A DNA stretch of 64,000 nt from an uncultured Pseudomonadales bacterium (GCA_964607285.1 CAZSJW010000001.1:134716-198715); one strand, 5' to 3'. Positions 39,055-48,551 are shown, numbered from the stretch's first letter. The notes: generated by a model not told the origin, from the letters alone. Numbers and translations are program-made.

Positions 39055-40275
39055 CTATACTACAAACTCACCATCCCTGTAAATTACCCGCTTTTCCCCA
39101 CTTGTCAGCGTAGCTGTTACAGTACGATCCGTGGTAGAAATCATATCTGTATGTTCTGCAGAGTCATTAAACCCCATAGCGCGCCACTCTTGTTGGCTAA
39201 CATTTGCAGGGTTTCCTCTGTAGCAATCATGGTAGGAATTACCGATTGCCAAATGAGTGTTGCCAAATGGACCACCAATGTTTTCATCAAACAAAATTTC
39301 AGCCATAGGGTGGGTAATACGTGACATGCGTTTGTCAGTCAATGAGTACTCACCAATCTTATTAGCGTTCTCAGTTTTAAGCATTTCATCTAGCAAACCT
39401 TGGCCTTTCTCAGCCTTTGCTTCTGTAACAAGTCCTTTGTGAAATCGCAAAAACGGCTTTTCAAGCACTGCGCCATATCGGTATACTGGCTGATTGAACT
39501 GTACCCATCCTTCAGTACCTCTCCAGTCTGGTGATGTGAATAACTCGAAACTTGGTATGTTTCTACCACTGCCTCCATTCCAAATTCTATTTTCACCAAG
39601 TTGCACTCTTAGTTCAATATCCGAACCTTCAATATCAAGCCAGTCTATTCGCAGTGCATTTAGTGACTCTTTGATATGCTGTTGGAGTTGGTACAACATT
39701 TTCCATTCGGCTATTGGATTGTCTGTATCTAGAAAACAGGCTTGAATGATTTGTTGCCAGTACTCTTCTATATTCAAGCCCACAATGGAAGCTTTAGCTT
39801 CAACTCCCCATAAAGCTAGTGTCCACGTATACTGGCCACGGTTCTCTTTGGCTATCATGAGATCTCTAAAGGGTTTTCTAGCTGTGCGTGGTAGCATGAT
39901 TTTTTCTGGAGAAATTCCTGCTAGCTCTTCTGGATATACATCAGCGATAATGCTAACGGAGTGGTGTAGTAGCTTGGAACGTGCTTCGTAGTAACGCTCT
40001 GGGAAAAAGGCTAGTTGCTTGGGGGTAGCAAGGGAATAATAATCTTTATCAAAACCAGTAGGCATCAAGCGCATAAGGGGAATTCCACCTGCCTTTAACA
40101 CCATGTTCTGTAAATGTAACGCCAATGGCTTGGCTACATCTGGCACAACTAGTTCAACAACTTCGTCTGCTTGTAGGCCATGGCCTGAATTCAGAGCAAA
40201 ATTGATTAAGACATCTGCATATTTTTCTAGTACTTCCTCTGAAGGAATGTATGTGTTCTGAGATTGTTGTACCAT
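39055..40275 (-). CDS. Aminopeptidase, M29 (thermophilic metalloprotease) family
   Basis: KYADVLI, NIPSFELFTSP, GEYSL, LFDENIG, HLAIG and NDSAEHTDM. Confidence 0.92.
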   Translation of the reverse strand: MVQQSQNTYIPSEEVLEKYADVLINFALNSGHGLQADEVVELVVPDVAKPLALHLQNMVLKAGGIPLMRLMPTGFDKDYYSLATPKQLAFFPERYYEARSKLLHHSVSIIADVYPEELAGISPEKIMLPRTARKPFRDLMIAKENRGQYTWTLALWGVEAKASIVGLNIEEYWQQIIQACFLDTDNPIAEWKMLYQLQQHIKESLNALRIDWLDIEGSDIELRVQLGENRIWNGGSGRNIPSFELFTSPDWRGTEGWVQFNQPVYRYGAVLEKPFLRFHKGLVTEAKAEKGQGLLDEMLKTENANKIGEYSLTDKRMSRITHPMAEILFDENIGGPFGNTHLAIGNSYHDCYRGNPANVSQQEWRAMGFNDSAEHTDMISTTDRTVTATLTSGEKRVIYRDGEFVV

Positions 40276-40279
40276 ATAA

Positions 40280-40879
40280 TTAAAGTGTCTTTAGTGCTGC
40301 TATTACTTGGATAAAAGCTCGGGCTCTGTGCGATACAGTCTGTTTCTCGGTTGGGTCAAGTTCACCGAATGTTTGTGAATAACCATCTGGGACAAAAAGT
40401 GGATCATACCCAAAACCTTGAACGCCTCTTGATATTGTGCTGATTTGCCCAGTAACACATCCTCTAAATAGCAATGGCTCGCTGTCTGAGTGTACTAGAA
40501 GACATGCAACCGTGGTAAACTGAGCACTTCTGTTATTCTCTGTTTTTAGTCGTTCGAGTAGAGCCTCATTTCTGTCAGTATAACTTCCTGGATGCCATCT
40601 GTTGGAGTGCACCCCAGGTTGTCCGTTTAAAGCCAAAACCTCTAATCCTGTATCGTCTGCAATTACTGGTAGGCTGCATGCAAGTTGATATGCTTTAGCT
40701 TTTAGGATTGCATTTTCTGCAAATGTACTGCCTGTCTCTGCCACTTCAGGTACAAAAATGCCCATGTCTTGTGGTAAAATTGGTTGCCATGACGATTCTG
40801 CAAATAACGGAACGATCTCGGCAAACTTGTGTGCATTGCTTGTTGCTATGACAACTCGCTGATCGGTCGTCATACTCAA
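40280..40879 (-). CDS. rdgB: Non-canonical purine NTP pyrophosphatase (RdgB/HAM1)
   Basis: ATSNAHK, ENAILKA, ADDTGL, GFGYDPLF and SHR. Confidence 0.95.
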   Translation of the reverse strand: MSMTTDQRVVIATSNAHKFAEIVPLFAESSWQPILPQDMGIFVPEVAETGSTFAENAILKAKAYQLACSLPVIADDTGLEVLALNGQPGVHSNRWHPGSYTDRNEALLERLKTENNRSAQFTTVACLLVHSDSEPLLFRGCVTGQISTISRGVQGFGYDPLFVPDGYSQTFGELDPTEKQTVSHRARAFIQVIAALKTL

Positions 40880-41166
40880 TCCGCACCCCCACCAAGTCCA
40901 CCAAACCCACCAAGTGTAGCTTGCAGTTTCTTTGCTGCCATTTCCTGAGACTTCTTGATAGCTTTGTTAAGTACATCTACTACTGGTTGGCTGCTCACAC
41001 CCTGTACTGAAAGCTGCACAATAGTTTGATCTCCGCGGATTACTACGACAATATCACCTTCTTCAATGCGAATTTCCTCTCCTGCAAGATCTTGTTGCAT
41101 TTGTTTTGCTTGTTTTCTGAGATTATTTAAATCTCCAAGTGCTTTGAGTGGGTTACCCATTGCCAT
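40876..41166 (-). CDS. ybaB: YbaB/EbfC nucleoid-associated protein
   Basis: KQAKQMQQDL...VVIRGDQ; follows dnaX; AAGGAG SD. Confidence 0.9.
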   Translation of the reverse strand: MAMGNPLKALGDLNNLRKQAKQMQQDLAGEEIRIEEGDIVVVIRGDQTIVQLSVQGVSSQPVVDVLNKAIKKSQEMAAKKLQATLGGFGGLGGGAD

Positions 41167-41204
41167 ATGTGCTCCTTTTCGTACGTTTGTACGGTCAAAT
41201 TGTA

Positions 41205-41687
41205 CTACATCAGTGCCGATGTCGCTAGCTCTGTAAGCTTTGATGGCAATGCGTCATGAAGTGTTTCTGAGTCATCACTCGAGTGCTCTAGTACTTCGAT
41301 ACTAATATCAAGTGTCCCTCCACAAAGCTGTTGAATACAGTTCTGAATGACTGCTTGTGACTTCGAGTTCAGTAACTGATCCTTATGAAATGAGTAAAAC
41401 ACTCTAATGACAAGTTTTCCCAGAGTGCCTTCTATTGGCTTGGCCGACTGCAGAAACGCTCCAAGTGTTGCATTTGCGCTTATTACTAGACCCACAAACT
41501 CATTCCACTGAGAGCATACCGTGTTTCCATCTGCAGTTTTAGAAAAACTGCCAGCGCTACTAGATTTTTTTTCGGGCTTGTTGGCTGTGTTGCCAGAACT
41601 GGAAAAGGCAGCAAGTTTTTCTAATTTGGTGCCTGATGACTTTTTTGTTACAGTTTGTTTTTGACTTTCTGATTTACTTTCAGAATT
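41205..41687 (-). CDS. dnaX: C-terminal (tau-specific) part of DnaX in the +1 frame after the A11 run
   Basis: Open from the A-run: NSESKSESQKQ... low-complexity linker, then QWNEFV...FLQSAKP...VFYSFHKDQL. Confidence 0.75.
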   Translation of the reverse strand, partial: NSESKSESQKQTVTKKSSGTKLEKLAAFSSSGNTANKPEKKSSSAGSFSKTADGNTVCSQWNEFVGLVISANATLGAFLQSAKPIEGTLGKLVIRVFYSFHKDQLLNSKSQAVIQNCIQQLCGGTLDISIEVLEHSSDDSETLHDALPSKLTELATSALM

Positions 41688-42777
41688 TTTTTTTTTGAGA
41701 GCGCGAAATAATGTCTAGACATTTAAGTTCAAGAGCAAGGTACGGTATTGGACACATTTGTGTGACCTCAATAGTACTAAACTCAGCAAGTAAAAACTGT
41801 ATTATCGGTGCTGACCACTCAACGTGTGCATTTGTACCAAGCAACGTTGAGACTAAAAGGGAATGTAGTCTAGTGAGCAACTGCGTATACAAAACTTTTT
41901 CTGGAATAGCAGATTTACGGAAGTCTGAAAAAATTGCCACAACGGTATTAGCTTCTTTACTGATGATAGAACGCAATAACGAGTCTATTTCTTTAGAAAT
42001 GTTTGCTACCCCTAGTTGTTCAGATACTGCCAGTAGTGTGAGCTTCTTCTCTTTGACTGAAACACTCTCAGCTAGCTTGACGGCATCCCTAAAACTACCG
42101 TCTGCAAGCGCGATGATTGCTTGTAGTGCATCTAGCTCATAGGTAAGCTTCTCAGCATCCATGATTGTGGTTAGTGCAGACAATATCTCAGAGTCTGATG
42201 CTTTTGAAAACTCAACTGTATAGCATCTTGAAATGATTGTAGGTAGAATCTTGTGCAGTTCTGTTGTGGCTAGTATAAATACAACGTGTGCAGGAGGTTC
42301 TTCTAGAATTTTGAGGAGTGCATTACTTGCTTCTGTCGTTAGCATGTGTGCCTCGTCAAGAATAAACACAGAAACAACGCCTTCCTGTGGAGGTAAAAAG
42401 ACTCTTTCTTTTAAGTTTCGGATATCATCTATGCCTCTATTACTAGCAGCGTCAAGCTCATGAACAACATAAGACTTACCTTCAAGGATTCTAGAAATAA
42501 AATCATCATCTAAGCTTGGCTCGAGCAAAACAGACTGTGGGCTTTGGTTCTGCGAAGTGGATTGAATACGCTCTAGTACGCCCTTAGTATTTTTTGGGTC
42601 ATTCAGTACAGCTGCTAAAATTCTAGATGCGGATGTTTTACCTGTTCCTTTCGGTCCAGCAAATAAAAACGCTTGTGGCAGCGCACTTTGCTTTAGTAAT
42701 CCCGACAATCTTTCCCTAACTTTGACAAGATGCAGTTGGGCAATCGTTTTGGGACGGTATGTTCTATTCCAGGTCAT
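41680..42777 (-). CDS. dnaX: DNA polymerase III subunit gamma/tau, zero-frame gamma-length product (365 aa)
   Basis: YRPKT, GPKGTGKT, ELDAASNRGIDD, LDEAHML, LLKILEEPP, SRC and GSFRDA. Ends SQKKKF* right after A11. Confidence 0.95.
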   Translation of the reverse strand: MTWNRTYRPKTIAQLHLVKVRERLSGLLKQSALPQAFLFAGPKGTGKTSASRILAAVLNDPKNTKGVLERIQSTSQNQSPQSVLLEPSLDDDFISRILEGKSYVVHELDAASNRGIDDIRNLKERVFLPPQEGVVSVFILDEAHMLTTEASNALLKILEEPPAHVVFILATTELHKILPTIISRCYTVEFSKASDSEILSALTTIMDAEKLTYELDALQAIIALADGSFRDAVKLAESVSVKEKKLTLLAVSEQLGVANISKEIDSLLRSIISKEANTVVAIFSDFRKSAIPEKVLYTQLLTRLHSLLVSTLLGTNAHVEWSAPIIQFLLAEFSTIEVTQMCPIPYLALELKCLDIISRSQKKKF

Positions 42778-42779
42778 AA

Positions 42780-43169
42780 TCACTCATGATGGTAGCCTAA
42801 AACATGTAGTAAGCCGTGTTCTAGATAAAAACAAATCTGATCATCAACTAGCTTACCATACCTTTTAGCCATCACAACAGCTTCTGGAAAACTGATTACA
42901 ATGTCTCCCAAATGTGGGGGATAGCCAGGCGGCATTGGGAAATCTGTGAGCTGGTGCCTTTCATGCTGGGGAAACGACAGTACATCAGTAGTACCTTGAT
43001 GATGTAGTTTTGACTCATTTAACTCTTTTATCTTTCTGGTGCCAACAATAGATATATCGAGTTGTGCATGATCTACGTTATGTTCTTTCAGAACACGCTC
43101 TACAGTTTTTCTGAGTTTTTTCCGATTGACGGGGTATCGTGAACCAACATTCAATGTGACCAATATCAT
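42780..43169 (-). CDS. ybeY: rRNA maturation endoribonuclease YbeY
   Basis: TDVLSFP, LGDIVIS and HGLLHVLGYHH. Confidence 0.93.
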   Translation of the reverse strand: MILVTLNVGSRYPVNRKKLRKTVERVLKEHNVDHAQLDISIVGTRKIKELNESKLHHQGTTDVLSFPQHERHQLTDFPMPPGYPPHLGDIVISFPEAVVMAKRYGKLVDDQICFYLEHGLLHVLGYHHE

Positions 43170-43211
43170 ATGCAGTATCCTAGCAGGTTGTTATCTGACA
43201 GTCGAGACAAA

Positions 43212-43535
43212 CTATGCCAGTGCAAGTAGTGCACGATCAAGTTTTTCTGAAAGTAATTCCTGAATTGTTCCTATATCAATATTATGGAGTGTAGTGAGCA
43301 AATCGGGAGACTGAAAGTTTTTTGAGTACGCATTGAGAAACGCTATTCTTTCACCTTTAGTAGGAATAGAATGCAACACTGTTGTTATGGCAACTATATC
43401 TAGTAAGTAAACTAACTGATGCCAAATGTGATTTCTACTCTCAGATGACTCTAATGGCCCGTGTGCCTCAATAACTGACTCAAAAATTGTATTATTGATT
43501 AACTCAGCATAGTATCGAGGCGGCAGTGGTTTCAT
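43212..43535 (-). CDS. Hypothetical protein
   Basis: 107 aa; ATGA-coupled to the upstream gene. Confidence 0.7.
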   Translation of the reverse strand: MKPLPPRYYAELINNTIFESVIEAHGPLESSESRNHIWHQLVYLLDIVAITTVLHSIPTKGERIAFLNAYSKNFQSPDLLTTLHNIDIGTIQELLSEKLDRALLALA

Positions 43536-44401
43536 TGTTGCATGCCATTCATTGTTGAAAACGCTAACGGAACAGGGCCGAGCGGAATTTGATTAGACTC
43601 ATCTTCTACAAAAAAAATAAGTACTTTGCCAAATGAGCCTGGATTCCAGCAATTGAGTGAGCGAATCAGTTCAGGAGATCCTAAAAATTGACGTGAAGGA
43701 GTGTCCACAAGTCTATCTGCAATGCACGCGACGACAAACGATTGAGATGAAGGATTGATAACTAACACTTTTCGGTACTTAAACCATTGTATAGTGCCTT
43801 GAATATCTTGAAACGTATTGGTTGAAGCAGATACAGGCACTCCAACCCAAAATTGCTCTCTTAGTTCTGTAAGTTCATCTACTGGTGACTGTGAGGAGAG
43901 CCAACCATATGCTGACCTATAAGGTGACAATCCAGCTTCTTTAACAGCACTGTGTTGATCCAAATGGTCATTTGGGTGACGTTTAAGATGCTGACCTGCT
44001 CCTATTGTTCCTGAGTTACTCTGTAATCTATAACCATCCAATTCTGTAGTTACAGAGAATCCGAGCAAATCACTGAGTTGTTGCTCAATGTACAACAGTT
44101 CCTCTGGAGACACTTGCGTAGCATTCGTGTGCATGATTTCGGTTAGCTTTTCAATTACAACAAAATATTCTTCATGGGAAATTTGCTGGATGTACTCAGC
44201 TGCAGATTTTTCGCTAAGCAAAGATTGTGTGACCTTCTGCGACACGCTTGTGGAACTAGGGCTACTGTTTGCTAGTGCATGTATGGCTTCGTATTGATCG
44301 ATCCAATCGCGAGCTTCTGGGTAGATGTCAGTCAACTCAGTCAATTGAAGTTCAATAGTTTCTTGAAGAATTTGGCTAGTGGTGTTCGTCGGGGCAGACA
44401 T
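43532..44401 (-). CDS. Hypothetical protein
   Basis: 289 aa; 10 nt downstream of gltX. Confidence 0.8.
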   Translation of the reverse strand: MSAPTNTTSQILQETIELQLTELTDIYPEARDWIDQYEAIHALANSSPSSTSVSQKVTQSLLSEKSAAEYIQQISHEEYFVVIEKLTEIMHTNATQVSPEELLYIEQQLSDLLGFSVTTELDGYRLQSNSGTIGAGQHLKRHPNDHLDQHSAVKEAGLSPYRSAYGWLSSQSPVDELTELREQFWVGVPVSASTNTFQDIQGTIQWFKYRKVLVINPSSQSFVVACIADRLVDTPSRQFLGSPELIRSLNCWNPGSFGKVLIFFVEDESNQIPLGPVPLAFSTMNGMQQ

Positions 44402-44411
44402 ATTTTTATTA

Positions 44412-45848
44412 TTAGTGTGAAACCGCTATTATTGCTTCCTGCAATCGTGTTAGCACTTCTGATCTTTCAACAGCTGCTATGGTGTCAAAGAGCGGAGGTG
44501 TTGCGGTTTTACCAGTAACTGCAACTCGCAACATCATAAAAAATTGACCTGGTTGCCAACCCCATTTTTCTTGCATAAGGCGTACCTGCTGCTCAAGTTC
44601 ATCGGCTTTCCAGGTAACTCCCTTAAAAAGTTCAGCTGTTTTCTGGAGTTGATCAATAACTATTGTATTTGTGGATTTTTTTGTGAGTAATTCAGTTTGT
44701 GGCTGTGGTCTTACAAAGAAATACTCAGTGAGTGGAACGATATCTGCTAGTGTGACTAATCTCTCAGCAACCAGAGGAAGCAGTACAGGTAGTTTGTCTT
44801 TTCCAAAGTACTCTGGCAGGAATGGTTCACATCTAACAGCTAATTCATCTAGACTAAGGTTTCGAATATACACACCATTTAACCATTGCAATTTTTTAAC
44901 ATCAAAGACTACGGATTTTGGACTTATATCCTTTGGTTCAAACTCTGCAATGTATTCATTCAGTGTTATCACTTCTCTTTGATCCTTAGGAGTCCAACCT
45001 AGGATCATAAAAAAATTAAGAAGTGCCTCAGGTAAGTATCCTGACTCTAAAAATGAAACTGCTGAAACAGTTCCTTTTCGTTTGCTCATCTTGCCTTTGC
45101 CATCAGGATTAAGAAAAACTGGAATATGAGCATATACAGGCTTTTCCCAACCAAATGCTTCATACAGCAAAATATGTTTGGGCGTAGAGCTAATCCATTC
45201 CTCACCACGAAAAATATGGGTAATATTCATTTCATGATCGTCAACAACTACAGCCAGGTGATAAGTAGGGAAACCATCAGATTTTAGTAGCACCTGGTCA
45301 TCAACACTTTCAGAGTTTATGGTGATAGTTCCACGGATTAGGTCTATGAAAGTGATATCCACTGCATCTGGTGATTTTAAACGTATAACGAATGCCTGAC
45401 CATCAGCGATTGCTTTTAAAACCTCTGTTTGTTTTTTCAGGCAATGTCTATCGTATTTAGGGGGTATTTTTTCAGCAATAGATTTTTCTCTAACTTGTGC
45501 GAGTCTCTCACTGCTGCAAGTACAGTAGTATGCATGACCACTCTGAACTAGCTTTTGTGCCATGCTTGCATACAGGGGCAATCGTTCAGATTGTGTATAC
45601 GGTCCATAGGGACCACCTTTGTCTGGTCCTTCATCCCAATCCAATCCATATTGATGAATTACGGAAAGAATCTTTTCCACTGCACCATCTACTTTTCTGA
45701 CTTGGTCAGTATCTTCAATTCTAAGCACAAACTGGCCACCATGTTTTTTTGCAAAAGCATAGTTTTTTAGCAGTGTTGAAATGTGGCCTACATGATACTC
45801 ACCTGTGGGACTAGGGGCCATTCTGGTTCTAACTATTTGAGTGCTCAT
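44412..45848 (-). CDS. gltX: Glutamate--tRNA ligase
   Basis: RMAPSPTG, HVGH, LRIEDTD, GPYTQSER, RGEEW and KMSKR. Confidence 0.97.
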   Translation of the reverse strand: MSTQIVRTRMAPSPTGEYHVGHISTLLKNYAFAKKHGGQFVLRIEDTDQVRKVDGAVEKILSVIHQYGLDWDEGPDKGGPYGPYTQSERLPLYASMAQKLVQSGHAYYCTCSSERLAQVREKSIAEKIPPKYDRHCLKKQTEVLKAIADGQAFVIRLKSPDAVDITFIDLIRGTITINSESVDDQVLLKSDGFPTYHLAVVVDDHEMNITHIFRGEEWISSTPKHILLYEAFGWEKPVYAHIPVFLNPDGKGKMSKRKGTVSAVSFLESGYLPEALLNFFMILGWTPKDQREVITLNEYIAEFEPKDISPKSVVFDVKKLQWLNGVYIRNLSLDELAVRCEPFLPEYFGKDKLPVLLPLVAERLVTLADIVPLTEYFFVRPQPQTELLTKKSTNTIVIDQLQKTAELFKGVTWKADELEQQVRLMQEKWGWQPGQFFMMLRVAVTGKTATPPLFDTIAAVERSEVLTRLQEAIIAVSH

Positions 45849-45872
45849 AAGGTTTGCATTATACTCTATTAC

Positions 45873-46961
45873 TTACTGCACTGGGGACTGCACAAAAGTT
45901 GGATCGAGCGCACTAACAAATGCTAGGAATCCTGAATCAACATTTTCAAAAACATATATTGGTTGTAAATAGTCTTGTTCATCGTATGAGTCGTAGTACG
46001 CCATGCTGACCGACCGAACTACAGCAACATCTGCGTCACCCTTTTGCGCTATAAACCCCTCACCCGCTTGTAGTAGTTGCCATGCAGTCCGTGCTGAGCG
46101 AAGTGGATAGGTATGCATCTGAGAGTAATCCACAGCATTGTACGCATATTGTAAGTCAACGATTGTATTGTTATTTTGCAGACCTCCACTGATTATGGCA
46201 CTGATAACGCCAGTGTACCCATCAGGCGTGTACATTCTATAAACGGTATCAATGGGATTTCTGTTTAAATCAACTTGAATAAAATCTGCATCTGATAAAG
46301 AAACTGCTGGAGCGAGTTCACCTCCTAAAGATTTCAGATACAGAACTTCTCCCGCTGCAGTGGCTACATCATCTGGGAGTAGATCAGCTGACTTTAAGTA
46401 GTTTTTCACAGAGTCGACTGCCTGAAAATTGTTTGGGAGCACTGTATTCGCAACCAATTCTGGTCGTGCTAAAAAATCAGACTGTAAATCAAAGTGGAGA
46501 GTCCTTGTATTGATATCTATAGTAGTCTCAAGGGGTTGCGATTTTTTGAACCTATAGCGTTCGGTGCTAAGAATTGATGGTTCAAATAAAAAACCATATG
46601 TAGCAGCTATAGATTTTGCTTTTTGGTCTGCTAGAAGGTTAGCGGTCATTTTAGGCATAAAGTAAACTTTGCCTCGGTCTCCATATTCAGGTAAAGACCC
46701 AGTGGGTGTTTCTAGCTTGTATTCTAAGGGGACTTCCTCAGAGTTCCTCTCAGGAAACTGCAGTTGAGGTAATTTGCCAAACCCGACAGTTGGAGGAGGT
46801 GGCGGAGCAGGGTGTGTTGCTTTCCAATAGGCAACAAAACTATTGAAAGTCACGCGGCCAACCATCAGCAGGAGCAGGACCACTAAACCGTATTTGACGA
46901 TTAAACGACCACCATAGGTGATATTTGTTAATGTAGGGCCTGTGCTGACAGTCTGTGGCAT
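45873..46961 (-). CDS. Hypothetical membrane-anchored extracytoplasmic protein
   Basis: N-terminal TM then PAPPPPP linker; start set at ATG 46961. Confidence 0.8.
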   Translation of the reverse strand: MPQTVSTGPTLTNITYGGRLIVKYGLVVLLLLMVGRVTFNSFVAYWKATHPAPPPPPTVGFGKLPQLQFPERNSEEVPLEYKLETPTGSLPEYGDRGKVYFMPKMTANLLADQKAKSIAATYGFLFEPSILSTERYRFKKSQPLETTIDINTRTLHFDLQSDFLARPELVANTVLPNNFQAVDSVKNYLKSADLLPDDVATAAGEVLYLKSLGGELAPAVSLSDADFIQVDLNRNPIDTVYRMYTPDGYTGVISAIISGGLQNNNTIVDLQYAYNAVDYSQMHTYPLRSARTAWQLLQAGEGFIAQKGDADVAVVRSVSMAYYDSYDEQDYLQPIYVFENVDSGFLAFVSALDPTFVQSPVQ

Positions 46962-46989
46962 AGATGACTCTATCATATATACTATCATC

Positions 46990-47649
46990 ATGTGGATCAA
47001 CATCCTAACTCTGTTTCCCGACTATTTTTCCTCAGTGTTCTCTAGTTCTATTCTCAAACGAGCCAATACGACAGGTACCGTAGAGTACAGAATTATTAAT
47101 TTGAGAGACTTTACCCAAGACAAACACAGGGTGACCGATGACAGACCGTTTGGCGGTGGACCAGGAATGGTCATGAAAGTTGAACCGATTGATCTAGCTT
47201 TACGAAAAATTCGATCAGAAAGTCCTAAGGCATGCACGCATAGAGTTGTATTACTCTCAGCGCAAGGTGAAAAATATACTCAGGGTAAGGCAAGAGAGTT
47301 TGCAGCTTTGGATATGCTTACAATCATTTGCGGTCACTACGAAGGGGTTGACGAACGAGTGGCACTACATTTAGCAGATGAAGAAATTAGAATTGGTGAG
47401 TATGTGCTCACAGGTGGTGAACCTGCTGCCGCTGTTATTGCAGACAGTGTAGTACGGTTATTGCCAGGAGTTCTGGGGAACTCATGCAGCACACATGATG
47501 AGTCACATGATGTCCCTGGTCAGCTGGGGTATCCCCAATACACTAGGCCAGCAATTTATAATGGTTGGGAAGTGCCTGCCGTTCTGCTTAGTGGTGATCA
47601 TAAACTCATCATGAAATGGCGACGAACCCAGCGAAAAAAAGATTCCTAG
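46990..47649 (+). CDS. trmD: tRNA (guanine37-N1)-methyltransferase
   Basis: ILTLFP, DDRPFGGGPGMVM, CGHYEGVDER, YVLTGGE, PQYTRP and LLSGDH. Confidence 0.97.
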   Translation: MWINILTLFPDYFSSVFSSSILKRANTTGTVEYRIINLRDFTQDKHRVTDDRPFGGGPGMVMKVEPIDLALRKIRSESPKACTHRVVLLSAQGEKYTQGKAREFAALDMLTIICGHYEGVDERVALHLADEEIRIGEYVLTGGEPAAAVIADSVVRLLPGVLGNSCSTHDESHDVPGQLGYPQYTRPAIYNGWEVPAVLLSGDHKLIMKWRRTQRKKDS

Positions 47650-48533
47650 AGATTGTTTGCTGCACGTACAAGTTCTAACGCTTCTTTGATAGATTTTTGT
47701 GGACCGTATGCCCGCCTCAACTTTTCTGTACTCATAGCTGTGTTCTTTTGGTATGGTCGATTGCTTTGTGCTAGATAAGTGGCCAATGTGCCCTCATGAA
47801 CTGTACCAGGCAATGCAAAAATTGATTTGACCACTTCAGCAAAAGCAAAGTCAGTCCATTGTTCGCCACTTGTAGCATTGAAAATACCTTTAACATGTTC
47901 TTTCGCAGCCCACTGTAAGACATGGGAAAAGTCATCTAAAAAGGTGGGTCCAAAGGTATGATCGATAAACTGTGGTGGAAGTGTGTCTGTCTGCAAACCA
48001 GTCACTATTCTCCTAACCGTATCTGGTCGGGAAAAAGGGAGACTCCGAAATGGTTGGTCAATTCTAAATATAGTCCAGCTTGCACTTGATCCTGTTATAA
48101 CCTGTTCTGCTTCTGCCTTTGTATATCCATACCACTCAATAGGTGATGCTGGTTGTAATTCTGAATATAGGCCGTCAAGTGAGCCATCAAATATGTAGGG
48201 TGTTGAAATATGGATGAGATGTTTTTTAGTTTCTGTGGCTGCTTGAACAACATTTTTTGTACCGATTACATTAACTTGATAAGCAGTACCAAGTTGATTG
48301 TTTTCTTGTTTCCATGCTTCTGAAACATTTGTAAAAGCTGCACAATGAATAATAGCTTGTGCATTGCTGTCAGAAACGGCTTTTTTTACCTGTTCTAACT
48401 GAGTGATGTCCACTGGTTTCTCAGTGTTTGATAGATCTATTGTGTCAAATATGTACTCGTTTTGGTACTGTGCCATAAACTGTGAGGCAACAAGACCGTT
48501 ACTACCAGTGATAAGAAGGTGAGGTTTTGCCAT
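47646..48533 (-). CDS. rmlD: dTDP-4-dehydrorhamnose reductase-like SDR
   Basis: ITGSNGLV, HCAAFT, HIST.YIFDG and YGYTK; follows rmlB-rmlC. Confidence 0.88.
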   Translation of the reverse strand: MAKPHLLITGSNGLVASQFMAQYQNEYIFDTIDLSNTEKPVDITQLEQVKKAVSDSNAQAIIHCAAFTNVSEAWKQENNQLGTAYQVNVIGTKNVVQAATETKKHLIHISTPYIFDGSLDGLYSELQPASPIEWYGYTKAEAEQVITGSSASWTIFRIDQPFRSLPFSRPDTVRRIVTGLQTDTLPPQFIDHTFGPTFLDDFSHVLQWAAKEHVKGIFNATSGEQWTDFAFAEVVKSIFALPGTVHEGTLATYLAQSNRPYQKNTAMSTEKLRRAYGPQKSIKEALELVRAANNL

Positions 48534-48551
48534 GATGATCAGAGTACTCGT

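Noticed and set aside
45849-45872. Second T-box upstream of gltX
   Set aside because: The intergenic gap is 24 bp, with only a TATAAT box and no UGGNACC element.
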